Counted from the stretch's first letter, positions 25,584 to 35,870 are shown. The stretch: DNA of 36,482 nt from an uncultured Candidatus Bathyarchaeia archaeon (GCA_964354015.1 CAYGYB010000001.1:1-36482); one strand, 5' to 3'. Made by a program: numbers and translations. Notes: generated by a model not told the origin, from the sequence alone.

Positions 25584-25777
25584 CTCCGTATTCTTTTACC
25601 ATGTAACAAAAGGCTCTGCCCTTTATAAATATCTCCTTGTAGGACTACAGTTACATATAACCCTTCTCTTGTGCAGCATTAATACCTGTGAACTTACCGA
25701 GATTCTTGCTTATTTGCCATTTCCAAATATTACATAGATTACACTTTAGTCTATATGGCGCCTATCGTTTCCCAGAA

Positions 25778-26695
25778 TTAGCCTTCCAGAACAGTTTCTG
25801 CCAATCGAACTTTATCCTCCAAAGTTCGCATTATAGTGTTCGCCACTTTCACTTCAATCCCAAGTTTCTCTATTCTCCCCTTCTCAGCAGCATCAGCAGT
25901 GTCAAGAATGAACGTGTCGAGGAAATCCGCGTAGAGTTTAGCCACGGAGTACGCGGAAACTTCAAGCCCTAAGCCGCGTAGCAGTTTGTCCGCTGGACCC
26001 TTAATGGGCGCACCAGCAACTATTGGGCTTATAGTTATCTTTTTGGCGTCAGTCTGCTTCAAGGCGTCTCTAACTCCCTTCACAGCAAGAATCGTACCTA
26101 TGCTGACTACTGGGTTGCTGGGGCAAACTATCACTAACTCCGCGTTCATAACCGCGTCTATCACGCCTGCCGCTGGTTTCGCATTGTCAGCGCCGAGAAA
26201 CTCAACGCCAAGCACCTCGTCTTTTGCGCCTCTCTTAACTAGATACTCTTGAAAGTGAAGTGATCCCGCTCTCGTCACAATTCTGGTCTCAAACTTGTCA
26301 TCAGTCATCGGCAAGATTGCCATTTTAAGCCCTAATGCTCGAGCGACTTCAGCAGTAACCTCAGATAGCTTGCGTCCTCCTTTTAGGAGGTTGGTTCTGA
26401 AAATGTGAGTAGCTAGGTCCCTGTCGCCAATGGCGAACCAGACTTCTTGATTAAGCCTCCTGAGAGCTTCTAGGCATTGGAAGGTGTCTCCTTTGATTCC
26501 CCAGCCTTTCGCTTCATCGACAATGCCTGCTAAAGTGTAGGTAACTATGTCAACATCTGGGGATACGTGCAAACCAAACAGTTCAATGTCATCGCCAGTG
26601 TTCACGATTATCGATAGGTCTTCCTCGTTAACGAGTTTCACGAGTCCCGTGAGAAACCGCGCTGCGCCCACTCCACCCGCTAAAGCAGTAATCAT
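25778..26695 (-). CDS. cofD: 2-phospho-L-lactate transferase (F420 biosynthesis)
   Basis: The N-terminus ITALAGGVGAARFLTGL...IVNTGDD, the motif PSNPVVSIGTILAV and the 305-aa length are typical of CofD. Confidence 0.85.
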   Translation of the reverse strand: MITALAGGVGAARFLTGLVKLVNEEDLSIIVNTGDDIELFGLHVSPDVDIVTYTLAGIVDEAKGWGIKGDTFQCLEALRRLNQEVWFAIGDRDLATHIFRTNLLKGGRKLSEVTAEVARALGLKMAILPMTDDKFETRIVTRAGSLHFQEYLVKRGAKDEVLGVEFLGADNAKPAAGVIDAVMNAELVIVCPSNPVVSIGTILAVKGVRDALKQTDAKKITISPIVAGAPIKGPADKLLRGLGLEVSAYSVAKLYADFLDTFILDTADAAEKGRIEKLGIEVKVANTIMRTLEDKVRLAETVLEG

Positions 26696-26718
26696 GGTCT
26701 TTCACGCTAAAGCCTGCG

Positions 26719-27192
26719 CTATGGCTTTTGCTTCTCTTTTTCTGAAACCCAGTACTCTGTTGCTGAACCTTTCACGTTAATGACTCGTTCTTTTTTGAAT
26801 ATGGGTGCTTCTTTTTTGTATCTCTCCACAGCTTCTCTCAGAACTGGAAAAACATCCGTCCTGTGTGAGCCAGCAACTGAAACGTACACAAGGTCTTCGC
26901 CGATGTTGAATTCCCCGAGTAAATGGTGAATTTGAACATCAACTATGCCTGGTTTCTGGGACAAATCATCGCAAATTTTCGCGAGAACTTCGTTGGCTTT
27001 TTCTTCGTACGCTTCCAGCGTTAGCTTCTGCACTTTCTCTCCTTTCAAGGTTTCGCCGCGAGCTACGCCGATGAAAAGAGCTATCGCCCCAGCTTTCTCG
27101 AAATTACTGCTTTTCTTGATGCTGCTTAGTAGGTCTAAAACTGAGAGTGTTCCTTTTTCATGGACGCCTGCATGTCCAGTCAAACATGTCAC
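26719..27192 (-). CDS. moaE: molybdopterin synthase catalytic subunit MoaE-like
   Basis: GAIALFIGVARGE, LTLEAYEEKA, IHHLLGEFNIGEDLVYVSVAGSHRTDVF and APIFKKE match the MoaE pattern. Confidence 0.7.
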   Translation of the reverse strand: MTCLTGHAGVHEKGTLSVLDLLSSIKKSSNFEKAGAIALFIGVARGETLKGEKVQKLTLEAYEEKANEVLAKICDDLSQKPGIVDVQIHHLLGEFNIGEDLVYVSVAGSHRTDVFPVLREAVERYKKEAPIFKKERVINVKGSATEYWVSEKEKQKP

Positions 27193-27326
27193 TTCCCTAT
27201 TGGCTTCTTTGAGAAACCTCTACATCTAAGCTAATTTCGCCTCTAAAAGCTATTTCGCATCAGCAAGCACGGTGGAGAATTGTGAAGAAGGCGCTGATGC
27301 TTTCGGAAAGAACGCTCTTCTGCGTG

Positions 27327-27953
27327 TTAGGCCTGTTGAGCTTCTTGTTGTGCTTCTTGCAGTGGTGCCTGAGCTGGCTGCGCAACTAGTTTGGATTTTC
27401 TGATGCCCACATGCCTGAGCGGCGCCACTTTCTTAGCTTCATTGTAAATGTCTGAAGCTATTTTTCCGAGAACCATTTCTTGAACGAATTGGTCCAAGGT
27501 CAATGCAGCGGCTTTTTCGTTGATAGTTTTCGTCATAATGTTGCGGATGACCTTCTCTTGAGATGTTCTAATTCTCGAAAGCGTGAGACCTGAAACCGCA
27601 ATTCGCAGTTTATAGCCGTCTTTTGTGGTTAAATTGAAAAGCCCGTCAACTTTTGTTGTTCTTCGCCTAACCAAACTTCGCAAATAATCACGCGAATACT
27701 CATGACCTTTGAACAGCGTGTGCGCGGTTTTGCCATCCATCCTGTTAATTTGGAAAAACATCTTCAAGTATTGATGGGAAAAGTCGCCTGTGATGTCATA
27801 AAGGGTTGCTTCAACAACTCTTCCGATAAGTCGTTCCTCTTCTTCTGCTGGCACTGTGCCTAATTCGATGTTTCCAAAGAATGGCGGCGCCACTACCATG
27901 TACCATGCTTTGCCTCGCCATTTATCGCGCACGTGTTTCGCTTTTGAAGACAA
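27327..27953 (-). CDS. rps3ae: 30S ribosomal protein S3Ae (eS1)
   Basis: DKWRGKAWYMVVAPPFFG, TKDGYKLRI and PLRHVGIRKSKL are hallmark S3Ae segments. Confidence 0.9.
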   Translation of the reverse strand: MSSKAKHVRDKWRGKAWYMVVAPPFFGNIELGTVPAEEEERLIGRVVEATLYDITGDFSHQYLKMFFQINRMDGKTAHTLFKGHEYSRDYLRSLVRRRTTKVDGLFNLTTKDGYKLRIAVSGLTLSRIRTSQEKVIRNIMTKTINEKAAALTLDQFVQEMVLGKIASDIYNEAKKVAPLRHVGIRKSKLVAQPAQAPLQEAQQEAQQA

Positions 27954-28003
27954 GTTTATCCTCCGAACGTACCTTGGTGATTCACAAGGCGATATTAAAA
28001 GGT

Positions 28004-29302
28004 TTACCGCTTTAAGCTTATCTTCTCGATGGCGCCCATGTATTTTCTTAAAACTTTCGGGACAACAATTGAGCCGTCTTCTTGTTGGAAATTCTCCAAA
28101 ATTGCGACGATGGTTCTGCCAGTGGCTATGGCTGTAGAGTTCAAGGTGTGAACGAAACCTTTTGTGGGTGCGCCTTCTTTTTCTCTGTACCGTATGTTTA
28201 AGCGTCTAGCCTGATAATCTGTGCAGTTGCTGCATGAGACTATTTCTCTGTACGCGTTTTGAGCGGGCATCCACGCTTCAATGTCGTATTTTTTGGCTGC
28301 TACTGTTCCAATGTCGCCTGTGCACACGTTGACTACGCGGTAAGGTAAACCGAGTTTTTGGACAAGTTCCTCCGCGTTGTGAATAAGTTCTTCGTGTAGT
28401 TTCCATGATTCTTCGGGCGTGCAGAAAACAAACTGTTCTATCTTGTTGAACTGGTGAGTTCGGAATATTCCGCGGGTGTCTTTGCCGTGGGCGCCAGCTT
28501 CCTTCCTGAAGCACGCGCTTATCCCCGCGAGTTTAAGCGGCAACTCTTCTTCTTTTAACACTTCATCCTTGAACATTGCAGCCATAGGATGCTCTGAAGT
28601 TGCGATTAGGTACAGGTCTTCGTTTTCGATTTTGTATAGCATGTCTTCGAAGTCGCTTAGGGCTGTGACGCCTTCGTACGCGTCTCGCCGCATCAGATAT
28701 GGCGGTTCCACGGGTGAGTAGCCTTTTTTCACGATTTCTTCCAAAGCAAAACTTATCAGCGCCATGTCCAAAAGTGCGCCTTCCTTTTTTAAGTAGAAGA
28801 ATCTGGAGCCTGAGACCTTGCCGGCCCTTTCAATGTCAATTATATCCAAGTTTAGGCTCAAATCTATGTGATTCTTGATTGGGAAGTTGAATTTGGGGAT
28901 GGCGCCCCATGTTCTTACTTGGGCGTTGTCGTTTTCGTCTTTTCCAACCGGCACGGTTTCATGCAGCAAATTTGGCAGTCTCATGAGGTAATCGCGCGTT
29001 TTCTCTTCTGCTTTGGCTACCTCTTGTTCTACACCTGTGATTTCAGCGTCGATTCGTCTTGCTTTCTCAACTTTGCCAAGCGCGTCTTTTCCAGCTTTTT
29101 TCAGCAGGGCAATTTCAGTGGTTACCACCTTTCTTTCGTGGCGAAGTTCGTTTAGCTTCGTTAGGTTCTGCCGCCATTGCCTGTCAACATCTATTAGTTC
29201 CTCAAGCATCTTGAGGTTTTCTGGGTTTCCTCTTTTGTCTATGTTATTCTTCACAAGTTCCGGTTTTTCTCGGATGAGTTTGATGTCTAACATTTTTCTC
29301 AC
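28004..29302 (-). CDS. serS: seryl-tRNA synthetase
   Basis: The N-terminus has MLDIKLIREKPELV followed by a coiled-coil arm. Class II motifs are FRKEAGAHGKDTRGIFRTHQF, TGDIG..AAKKYDIEAWMP and HTLNSTAIATGRTIVAILENFQ. The true start may be the second Met at 29293. Confidence 0.9.
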   Translation of the reverse strand: MRKMLDIKLIREKPELVKNNIDKRGNPENLKMLEELIDVDRQWRQNLTKLNELRHERKVVTTEIALLKKAGKDALGKVEKARRIDAEITGVEQEVAKAEEKTRDYLMRLPNLLHETVPVGKDENDNAQVRTWGAIPKFNFPIKNHIDLSLNLDIIDIERAGKVSGSRFFYLKKEGALLDMALISFALEEIVKKGYSPVEPPYLMRRDAYEGVTALSDFEDMLYKIENEDLYLIATSEHPMAAMFKDEVLKEEELPLKLAGISACFRKEAGAHGKDTRGIFRTHQFNKIEQFVFCTPEESWKLHEELIHNAEELVQKLGLPYRVVNVCTGDIGTVAAKKYDIEAWMPAQNAYREIVSCSNCTDYQARRLNIRYREKEGAPTKGFVHTLNSTAIATGRTIVAILENFQQEDGSIVVPKVLRKYMGAIEKISLKR

Positions 29303-29603
29303 GGAGTTAACGTTATAATTCTAGATTTGCGTGGCTATTTAAACTTGCGATGCGTGATTTAAAGTTGATTTTTCAGGGCTGATTGTTTCTTTCATGCTAT
29401 AGGCGCATTCTGGAGACTGCGCTGTGCAGATAGCCTGTGGAAAAGTAGACCCTCTATAGGTTTCTGCATAGAACCGCTATTAGGCTCCAAATATGCCCGT
29501 TTTCAGGTGTAGAATGGTGCAAGCTGTGCAGCGGCGAGTTGTGTAATCTTTAAATTGTTACCTGCGCTAGTTTTTCTATATAAAAAACCGTGAGAATTCG
29601 AAA

Positions 29604-30305
29604 ATGTCGTTGATGCCTGAGATTGCAAACCCGTATCTTGAGGCGTTCGCGGTTGGAGTGTTATATGGCTTAGTGTTCTGCACTTCAGCCTGCCTACCCT
29701 ACATTGCAAGCTACATCGCAGGCATAGGCGCAGGTTTCCGCAGAGGCGTGCTTGTCACTTTGATTTATAATTCAGGACGCGTAACCGCGTACGCTTTAGT
29801 TGGCGGATTAATCGGCGTACTTAGCGGTGTATTCAGGTTTTTAGTAGATGAAGCAGCAATTTCTTCTTTTCAAGAATACTCATCATACGCCTTAAGCATA
29901 GTAACCATCGCAATAGGCGTGAGTATACTTCAAAAGAACAGGTCAGCTTCCTGCGAGTACAACCCCAAAGAAGCCGAAACACTGGATAACGCAAGCAAGA
30001 GCAGGCGCTTTGATGTGCGCGCCTTCACTTTAGGTTTAAGCAGAGGACTGGTCGTGTGTCCGCCGCTGCTGATGCTGCTGTTGTACTCGGTGCCTTTTGC
30101 GGCTCCGCTTGATAGTTTTGCCGTGGCAGTCTTGTTTGGTTTGGGAACGGCTCTATCGCCAATACTGCTGCTGGGCGGAATAACTGGTTGGCTTCTCAGC
30201 AAAGCGCCTCTATTCAGGAAATGGATAGCTATAGGCGGTGCCGCAATCCTCATCGTGCTCGGCATCGGCACATTAATCACCGCAGTAATTGCCACCCTCA
30301 CATAA
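29604..30305 (+). CDS. CcdA/DsbD-superfamily thiol-disulfide membrane protein
   Basis: There are six predicted TM helices. TM1 carries LVFCTSACLPYIASYIAG and a later helix carries GLVVCPPLLMLL, the Cys placement typical of the DsbD/CcdA transmembrane family. Confidence 0.5.
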   Translation: MSLMPEIANPYLEAFAVGVLYGLVFCTSACLPYIASYIAGIGAGFRRGVLVTLIYNSGRVTAYALVGGLIGVLSGVFRFLVDEAAISSFQEYSSYALSIVTIAIGVSILQKNRSASCEYNPKEAETLDNASKSRRFDVRAFTLGLSRGLVVCPPLLMLLLYSVPFAAPLDSFAVAVLFGLGTALSPILLLGGITGWLLSKAPLFRKWIAIGGAAILIVLGIGTLITAVIATLT

Positions 30306-30337
30306 ACGCGCGCTGAAAACTCGTGTGAGAAACAGAA

Positions 30338-31279
30338 CTACGCTTTTTTCCGCCGTTTTCTAACAGCAACAACCGAAACGATCACGATTGCCGACAACAC
30401 AGCGGCCACGACTACTGTTTCAACAGGCACTTTCGCCGCCACAGTTGGCGGAGCCACATAACTTTGAATCAGTGGATAACGATCCATGTTAAGAACATCA
30501 ATTACGTAGGGCGTGTCGCCTATCCCGTCAGCGTCTGCGTCTGTGCCGTTGTAGTCGTCCCAGTAGTTGCCTTCTTTGCCGTTGTCCCACGTGTGGGTCT
30601 CCTCGGTCATGTTGTACTCTTTGCAAACACACCCGTTCAAGTGGTTAGTGTTGTTGTTGAAGGAGTTGTGGCTGACTGTTAAGTTCAAGGGTATGTTCCC
30701 AGGCTGGTTGGTGCCAAAAAACATGCCCACTTCATTGTTAGCTATGTAGTTTCCAACAACATCGTTATCAGACCCTGAAAGCAAGACGCCGACTATGTTG
30801 TCCATCACCGCGTTTCCAATTATGGTATTGCTTGTAGTCCAAATGTACATGCCTATGCTGAAATCTCTGGTACCCAAATTTTTAATAGTTAAACCCGTGA
30901 CGCTTCCGCTTGCCGTGTCGATGCCTATGGTGTATGGAACTGTCGTTTCATTTGATATTTCTGGGTTCGGTCCTTGACCTATCCACAAATCTTCTTGCGT
31001 CTCATCCAAGGCGCCGCGAAGCGTGTAACCTGCACCGTCAATCACGACATCACTTTTATTTACAATCAAACAGGCGTAAACATCTCCAGTGAAGAAGTAC
31101 GTGTTTCCACTACGCTGAATAGGCACTGAAGCCGGGTCAACGCTGCCATCCGAATTTATGAAAACTGTCTGCATCGCCATTGCTGGCGTTACTTTGCCCA
31201 CTAGGAACACTGTTGAAACAATCAAAGCCATGAAAGCTACTGCAATTGTTCTACGCGCAATCTTCACTTTAACCACCAT
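30338..31279 (-). CDS. secreted parallel beta-helix (NosD-like) protein with C-terminal TM anchor
   Basis: It has a signal/TM at the N-terminus and repeats such as TIIGNAVMDNIVGVLLSGSDNDVVGNYIANNEVGMFF and VSHNSFNNNTNH. The tail reads VVVAAVLSAIVIVSVVAV-RKRRKK. Confidence 0.6.
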   Translation of the reverse strand: MVVKVKIARRTIAVAFMALIVSTVFLVGKVTPAMAMQTVFINSDGSVDPASVPIQRSGNTYFFTGDVYACLIVNKSDVVIDGAGYTLRGALDETQEDLWIGQGPNPEISNETTVPYTIGIDTASGSVTGLTIKNLGTRDFSIGMYIWTTSNTIIGNAVMDNIVGVLLSGSDNDVVGNYIANNEVGMFFGTNQPGNIPLNLTVSHNSFNNNTNHLNGCVCKEYNMTEETHTWDNGKEGNYWDDYNGTDADADGIGDTPYVIDVLNMDRYPLIQSYVAPPTVAAKVPVETVVVAAVLSAIVIVSVVAVRKRRKKA

Positions 31280-31295
31280 TCTTCATGAGTAACCA

Positions 31296-32894
31296 CTAAT
31301 TTTCCAGCCAGTTCCGCGACTTAACCGCTGTTTTCCCCGCTACTTTGAATTTCAAGCAGCCATCGTTGGGGCACATCTCCACACACCGCAAACAGAGAAT
31401 GCAGTTGGACGTGGTTACGTCTCCGCCTTTTTCCTCGTACACTTCCTTAACTTGGGTAGGACACACTCTCTTGCAGATACCACATTTTGTGCATTTCTCC
31501 TCAGTCTTGTCCAACCGCACCGCTGAAATCCACTTGAACGGCGGAAACCTGTTGAACAACGCAATAAGCGCGCCCAGTGGGCATATTCTGCACCACGAGC
31601 GCCTATAGAAAAAGGCTGCAGCAGTGACTACGACTAGAATCGCAATGTTCAGCGAGGTGATGTATTGTCCTAACTGGTAAAACTCGCCTGCCATCGGGCT
31701 AACAATCCACTCTGGCTTCATAATCCCAACCGCCAACTCGCCCAACACGCACACGGGCTTCATGGGGCAGACTTGGCAGAACGGCGCCGAAAAATATGCA
31801 TTAATGAAACCGCCCTTTTCAGTGCCAGAAACTAGTTGGGTACCTGCAATCGCTTGTGCACCAAAAACAACACATAGAACAATTATGGCTGCGAGGATGA
31901 CGTAGCTGAGCTGATGGAATTTCTCGTTGAAGTTGTCTGAAAAGGTGCGGTACTTGATTTTCAAAGCCTTTCTAAGACGCGTAATCAGGTCTTGGTATAA
32001 GCCGAAGGGGCAAATCCAGCCGCACCAGAATCTTCCAAGCACGACAGCGGCCAGAATCACCGCGCCGAAGACAACAGCCAGCCTCTCTAACCCTGTCGTA
32101 TCATATTGTACTCCCCAGCCGCCTCCAGTGTTCCAGAACGGGTAAATGTACGTTTGTATCTGCCAGAGAGCACAGGTTACGGTTCTTCCGCAGGGATACC
32201 AGCAGCCGAAGGTTGGAACTGGAAGCCCGTCAGGCATGGAAAAGCCCAGCAAGTTTGTTCCTGCCAAGAGTTCATGGGGTGTAATTTGTGCGGCGGGGAT
32301 TGGCAGATTTTGGTGATCGACGAATACCCCTGCGAAGAGGATGAAAATGAAGAGTATTTGGACGAATAATCTGAAGGAACTGATTTTTCTGGTTTTGTTT
32401 CTTGTTCCAGCCGCAACCGCTACAACGCCGATGCTCACTGAAATCGTAGCCACCGCGATGACTAGGTAGTTGGTTTTGAAGGGCGCTACAAAAGACGGGA
32501 TTGGCGTCGGAGTGAGCGGAGGCGAGGGGTCTGTCACGTTGGCGTACAGTCTGTCGCATATGAAACCGTAGATGGGAAAAATGTTCCAGTATCCAGCCGT
32601 GTCAAGCCTCTGAGTGACCGTGAACGCGCCTGTTTCGCTGTCAGTTAACACGTACTGTTCCACATAAGTGTAATCGGGTCTAGTGAATGCCACCCTAATC
32701 GTCGTGTTTGGCGCTGGAGGGCATATCTGTCCTGTCACGGTTACGGTTTCGTTTATGTTGATTTGGGTGCTGCTTATGTTCGCGGTTATGCATGGACCAT
32801 AACAGGCTTTAACGGGTTGAACGCTGCCACTGTTACGCGCAAACAAAAAAGCGAGGATTACAAGAGCAAAGCAGAGAACAACTCGCTTTTTCAC
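31296..32894 (-). CDS. NapH/NosR-type polyferredoxin membrane protein with an N-terminal extracellular domain
   Basis: It carries the membrane-embedded motifs CGWICPFG and CRICPLG plus two 4Fe-4S motifs, CTKCGICKRVCP and CILCLRCVEMCP. Confidence 0.7.
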   Translation of the reverse strand: MKKRVVLCFALVILAFLFARNSGSVQPVKACYGPCITANISSTQININETVTVTGQICPPAPNTTIRVAFTRPDYTYVEQYVLTDSETGAFTVTQRLDTAGYWNIFPIYGFICDRLYANVTDPSPPLTPTPIPSFVAPFKTNYLVIAVATISVSIGVVAVAAGTRNKTRKISSFRLFVQILFIFILFAGVFVDHQNLPIPAAQITPHELLAGTNLLGFSMPDGLPVPTFGCWYPCGRTVTCALWQIQTYIYPFWNTGGGWGVQYDTTGLERLAVVFGAVILAAVVLGRFWCGWICPFGLYQDLITRLRKALKIKYRTFSDNFNEKFHQLSYVILAAIIVLCVVFGAQAIAGTQLVSGTEKGGFINAYFSAPFCQVCPMKPVCVLGELAVGIMKPEWIVSPMAGEFYQLGQYITSLNIAILVVVTAAAFFYRRSWCRICPLGALIALFNRFPPFKWISAVRLDKTEEKCTKCGICKRVCPTQVKEVYEEKGGDVTTSNCILCLRCVEMCPNDGCLKFKVAGKTAVKSRNWLEN

Positions 32895-33320
32895 ACCAAC
32901 TCACGTATACTAGATACACTGTCATTGTTCATATAATTTTTGTAGAAACAGCGTTTAAACTTGACGCGGCTTCGAATGTAAACGCTGGCTAGACGGCAAG
33001 AGCGCAAAAATGATGCCTGCAATTACGCCTTAGCAATCTGTGATAGTAATGCCTGTTTAAAAAGAGAAATGCCTCTCTGAGGGCGCAATTTAGGTGTGTT
33101 AGCTTCAGCAGAAAAACCGTGAAGTGCCACGAGATAGCTTCTGTGAAGGTTTGCTGAGGCTTTGGGTTTAATATCTAAAGGAGAAAAGCAAGATGCAACT
33201 TTTTTGGGGCAAAGCTGCAATCACTTGTATTCCCAAAGCCTTTTCAGCCTCTTCCAACGCGCTCGTTGATTATTGACTAAAAAAGGGGAAGTTGAGTTTT
33301 GGTTTTTCCTTGTCACGTTG

Positions 33321-35870
33321 TTATCGCTTCCTGAACAGTGCAAGTAAGCCTATGACGATTGCTACGATGACCGCTACCAAGATGACGTACATCAATGCAG
33401 TGTTGTCTGGTGGTGGTTGGGTTGGTTCAGGTGTTGCAGTTGCTGCTGGCGCTTCACTAACGCTGACATAAGTGGTTGCAAACGAGCTGCCGTAAGAGTC
33501 ATCACCCATGAACGTGGCGGTAACCTTGTACTGTCCTGCGATGTTTGGTTCCCAAGTGTAGCCGAAAGTGCCGCTGTAGCCTTCAGTGATAACATTGTCA
33601 ATGTGACTTGGGTTGTTGTTAGGGTCGACTATATCTAATGACACTGGAACGCCTGTTATTGTTTCGTTGTTCCAGATTCCAGCGATTGGCTGCTGCAGGT
33701 GCAAGTACTCCATCTGCAATGTCATTGATTCTTTGCTGACGCATGGAGTGCCAGCCTGAGCTGGAGACTTATCTAGCACAGTGCCTTCAACCACGACTTT
33801 TTCGCCCAGCGTAATTGCTTTTGGTCCCGCCGTCACTGTGGTTGCGCTTTTGCCCTTGCCAAAGATGTACGTGTAGCCGTCTCTCGAGTTGGCAGCTGCT
33901 AAGTATCCGTCAGCTACGGCGCCCGGAGACATTGGATTCCCGATTTTCCACACGAGCGTGCCGTCAGTGATGTTTATGCAGTGAAGACCCCAGCCTCTGG
34001 TCAGAGGCCAGCTTTCAGTGTGCTCAGTATTGTAAGTCCACATTTTTCCGTCAGCAATAGTAGAGCCAGTGTTGAAAGAATACACGCCTGTGCCGTTTTT
34101 GTCAATGTATGGGCTTTCGTACACGGATTTTGCTGGTGCTTCGTAATGCCATACTATTTTGCCGTTAGTCCAGTTGAAAGCGTAGACACCGTCGTAGGCT
34201 TCACGGAATAGCATGCCGTAGGCTGATTGTATAGAGTAAGCTCCGAAAGCTGGTTCGGCCCAAGGATAGTCCATTGCTTCACTTTTCCATGCTAATTTCC
34301 CTGTTGCCAAATCCCAAGCCAAGAAGTAGCCGCCCATCATCAACACAGCTACTTTGCCGTGGTCAGCAACAGCGCAGCCGTATGAGCTGTATGCGGTGTC
34401 CGGGACTGTGTTGTTCCACAGCATTTGCCCTGTATACAGATTATAGCCTTGAACAGTTGTTCCGTACCATGCGTTCATCGCGGGAGGAGTAATAGCCGAC
34501 GCCGAAGCACCATAGCCCGCATTCCAGTCGATTAAAGAAGGCAAACTGCCCGAATATGTCGTATTGCTTACTATTCTTGCAGTGACGTTGGTTGTAGTTC
34601 CAGATGTGGTCCAGTTGATCAAGCGACCACTCACCACGCCTAAGACGTAGCCTTCCACCTGATTGTGGAATGTGCCCGTTAACGGCGAAACCGAAATGTT
34701 CAGCGTTATAGCTCCAGTCCATGGATTCCACTTGATCAGTCGGCCGCCGCTTATGGCCAAAAGCTCCGCTGCATAGGTTTTGCCTGCTGAAGCGCCAGGC
34801 ACTTCCAAGAAAGCATTTGTGACATAGGCAATGGCGGTTGGCATTAAGGTAGTGGTAAATGTAAAGCCGAACATCGTGGTGGTAGTTGAGGCTGCTGGTA
34901 CTTCAAAGTAAACTTCGCCTGTGCGCAAATCATAGCATCGCATGTAAGATGTCGAACCCCCTGGTTTTGTGTAACTGTCGTAAGCTCTTCCAGCATAAAT
35001 TAAGCTTGGAGCGCCTGGACTGCTACTAATGCCTAATTGGCCCGCTGGTCCTCCGAGTAGCCCTGCTATGGAACCTTGGCGTTTCCACACTATGTGAGCT
35101 GAGTTTGGCCCTATAACCCACGGATGGAACGCATAGTTACTACTCCAGCACGGGTTCGTATCAGGGTAGAGTTCGTCCCAGATTGCCTGGGTGGTGGTTG
35201 AGCCTTGGTAGCCGGTGCCGGGATAGTTTCCTGCGATCTTCCACCATTCTCTGTTCTCGAGTGAAATTGGTCGCGTCCAGTAGTCGGTTGGCAACGGTGC
35301 TTCAGGCCAAGAGTAAACGATGCCTTCCTGCACGGTTAGTATTTGTTCTTTAGTTGAGCTGGGTTCATAGTAGCATGATTGAGTAAAGGTTGCTGGTGTA
35401 GTGCCATAGACAGCTCCAGGAGCTGGAGTGTAGATGCCTGCTGGGAAGTAGCCTCCTGGAAACTCAAACTTGAGCTTCCACTCGCCAACTTGGTCAGCTA
35501 CGTACTCGAAATATGCTGTTGTGTCTGCACGAAAAGAATCCATTATCTTGACGTCTACGTCTCCGTTAGGCTTCGTGATTGTCACTTTGTAATTTTTCAT
35601 GTATCGGCTTGCATGCATTGCTGGATTAAGCCACATGTTAACCAGAAACGTCTGACCCTTGCCAACAGTGGTAGGCCTGAAGCTAAGGAAAGCATGAGTT
35701 TTAATCCGCAGATCAGGAGTAACACCAGCAGCCAAAGGTCCAGGCGTTGAACCGCCTTCTTGGTTCGGTAATGCAGCTTGAACTTGCAACGTAATTAGAG
35801 AGATAGAAGCCATCAAAAGAACTATAGCGAAAATCGCAGTCAATTTTGCGTCTTTTCCTCTATTTTGCAT
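33321..35870 (-). CDS. large secreted PQQ-like beta-propeller repeat protein with C-terminal TM anchor
   Basis: After the signal peptide there are repeated x-D/N-L-x-T-G-x-x-x-W blades (YDLRTGEVYF, YNLYTGQMLWN, WDLATGKLAWK, FNWTNGKIVWH, INITDGTLVWK). The C-terminus is a Pro-rich linker plus MYVILVAVIVAIVIGLLALF-RKR. Confidence 0.55.
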   Translation of the reverse strand: MQNRGKDAKLTAIFAIVLLMASISLITLQVQAALPNQEGGSTPGPLAAGVTPDLRIKTHAFLSFRPTTVGKGQTFLVNMWLNPAMHASRYMKNYKVTITKPNGDVDVKIMDSFRADTTAYFEYVADQVGEWKLKFEFPGGYFPAGIYTPAPGAVYGTTPATFTQSCYYEPSSTKEQILTVQEGIVYSWPEAPLPTDYWTRPISLENREWWKIAGNYPGTGYQGSTTTQAIWDELYPDTNPCWSSNYAFHPWVIGPNSAHIVWKRQGSIAGLLGGPAGQLGISSSPGAPSLIYAGRAYDSYTKPGGSTSYMRCYDLRTGEVYFEVPAASTTTTMFGFTFTTTLMPTAIAYVTNAFLEVPGASAGKTYAAELLAISGGRLIKWNPWTGAITLNISVSPLTGTFHNQVEGYVLGVVSGRLINWTTSGTTTNVTARIVSNTTYSGSLPSLIDWNAGYGASASAITPPAMNAWYGTTVQGYNLYTGQMLWNNTVPDTAYSSYGCAVADHGKVAVLMMGGYFLAWDLATGKLAWKSEAMDYPWAEPAFGAYSIQSAYGMLFREAYDGVYAFNWTNGKIVWHYEAPAKSVYESPYIDKNGTGVYSFNTGSTIADGKMWTYNTEHTESWPLTRGWGLHCINITDGTLVWKIGNPMSPGAVADGYLAAANSRDGYTYIFGKGKSATTVTAGPKAITLGEKVVVEGTVLDKSPAQAGTPCVSKESMTLQMEYLHLQQPIAGIWNNETITGVPVSLDIVDPNNNPSHIDNVITEGYSGTFGYTWEPNIAGQYKVTATFMGDDSYGSSFATTYVSVSEAPAATATPEPTQPPPDNTALMYVILVAVIVAIVIGLLALFRKR

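Noticed and set aside
25584-25777. A search for an att site or tRNA next to the integrase.
   Set aside because: There are no tRNA-like elements. By eye I found no repeat of 12 nt or more shared with the other intergenic regions I compared (12163-12284, 15545-15855, 9296-9615). A computed repeat search is still needed.
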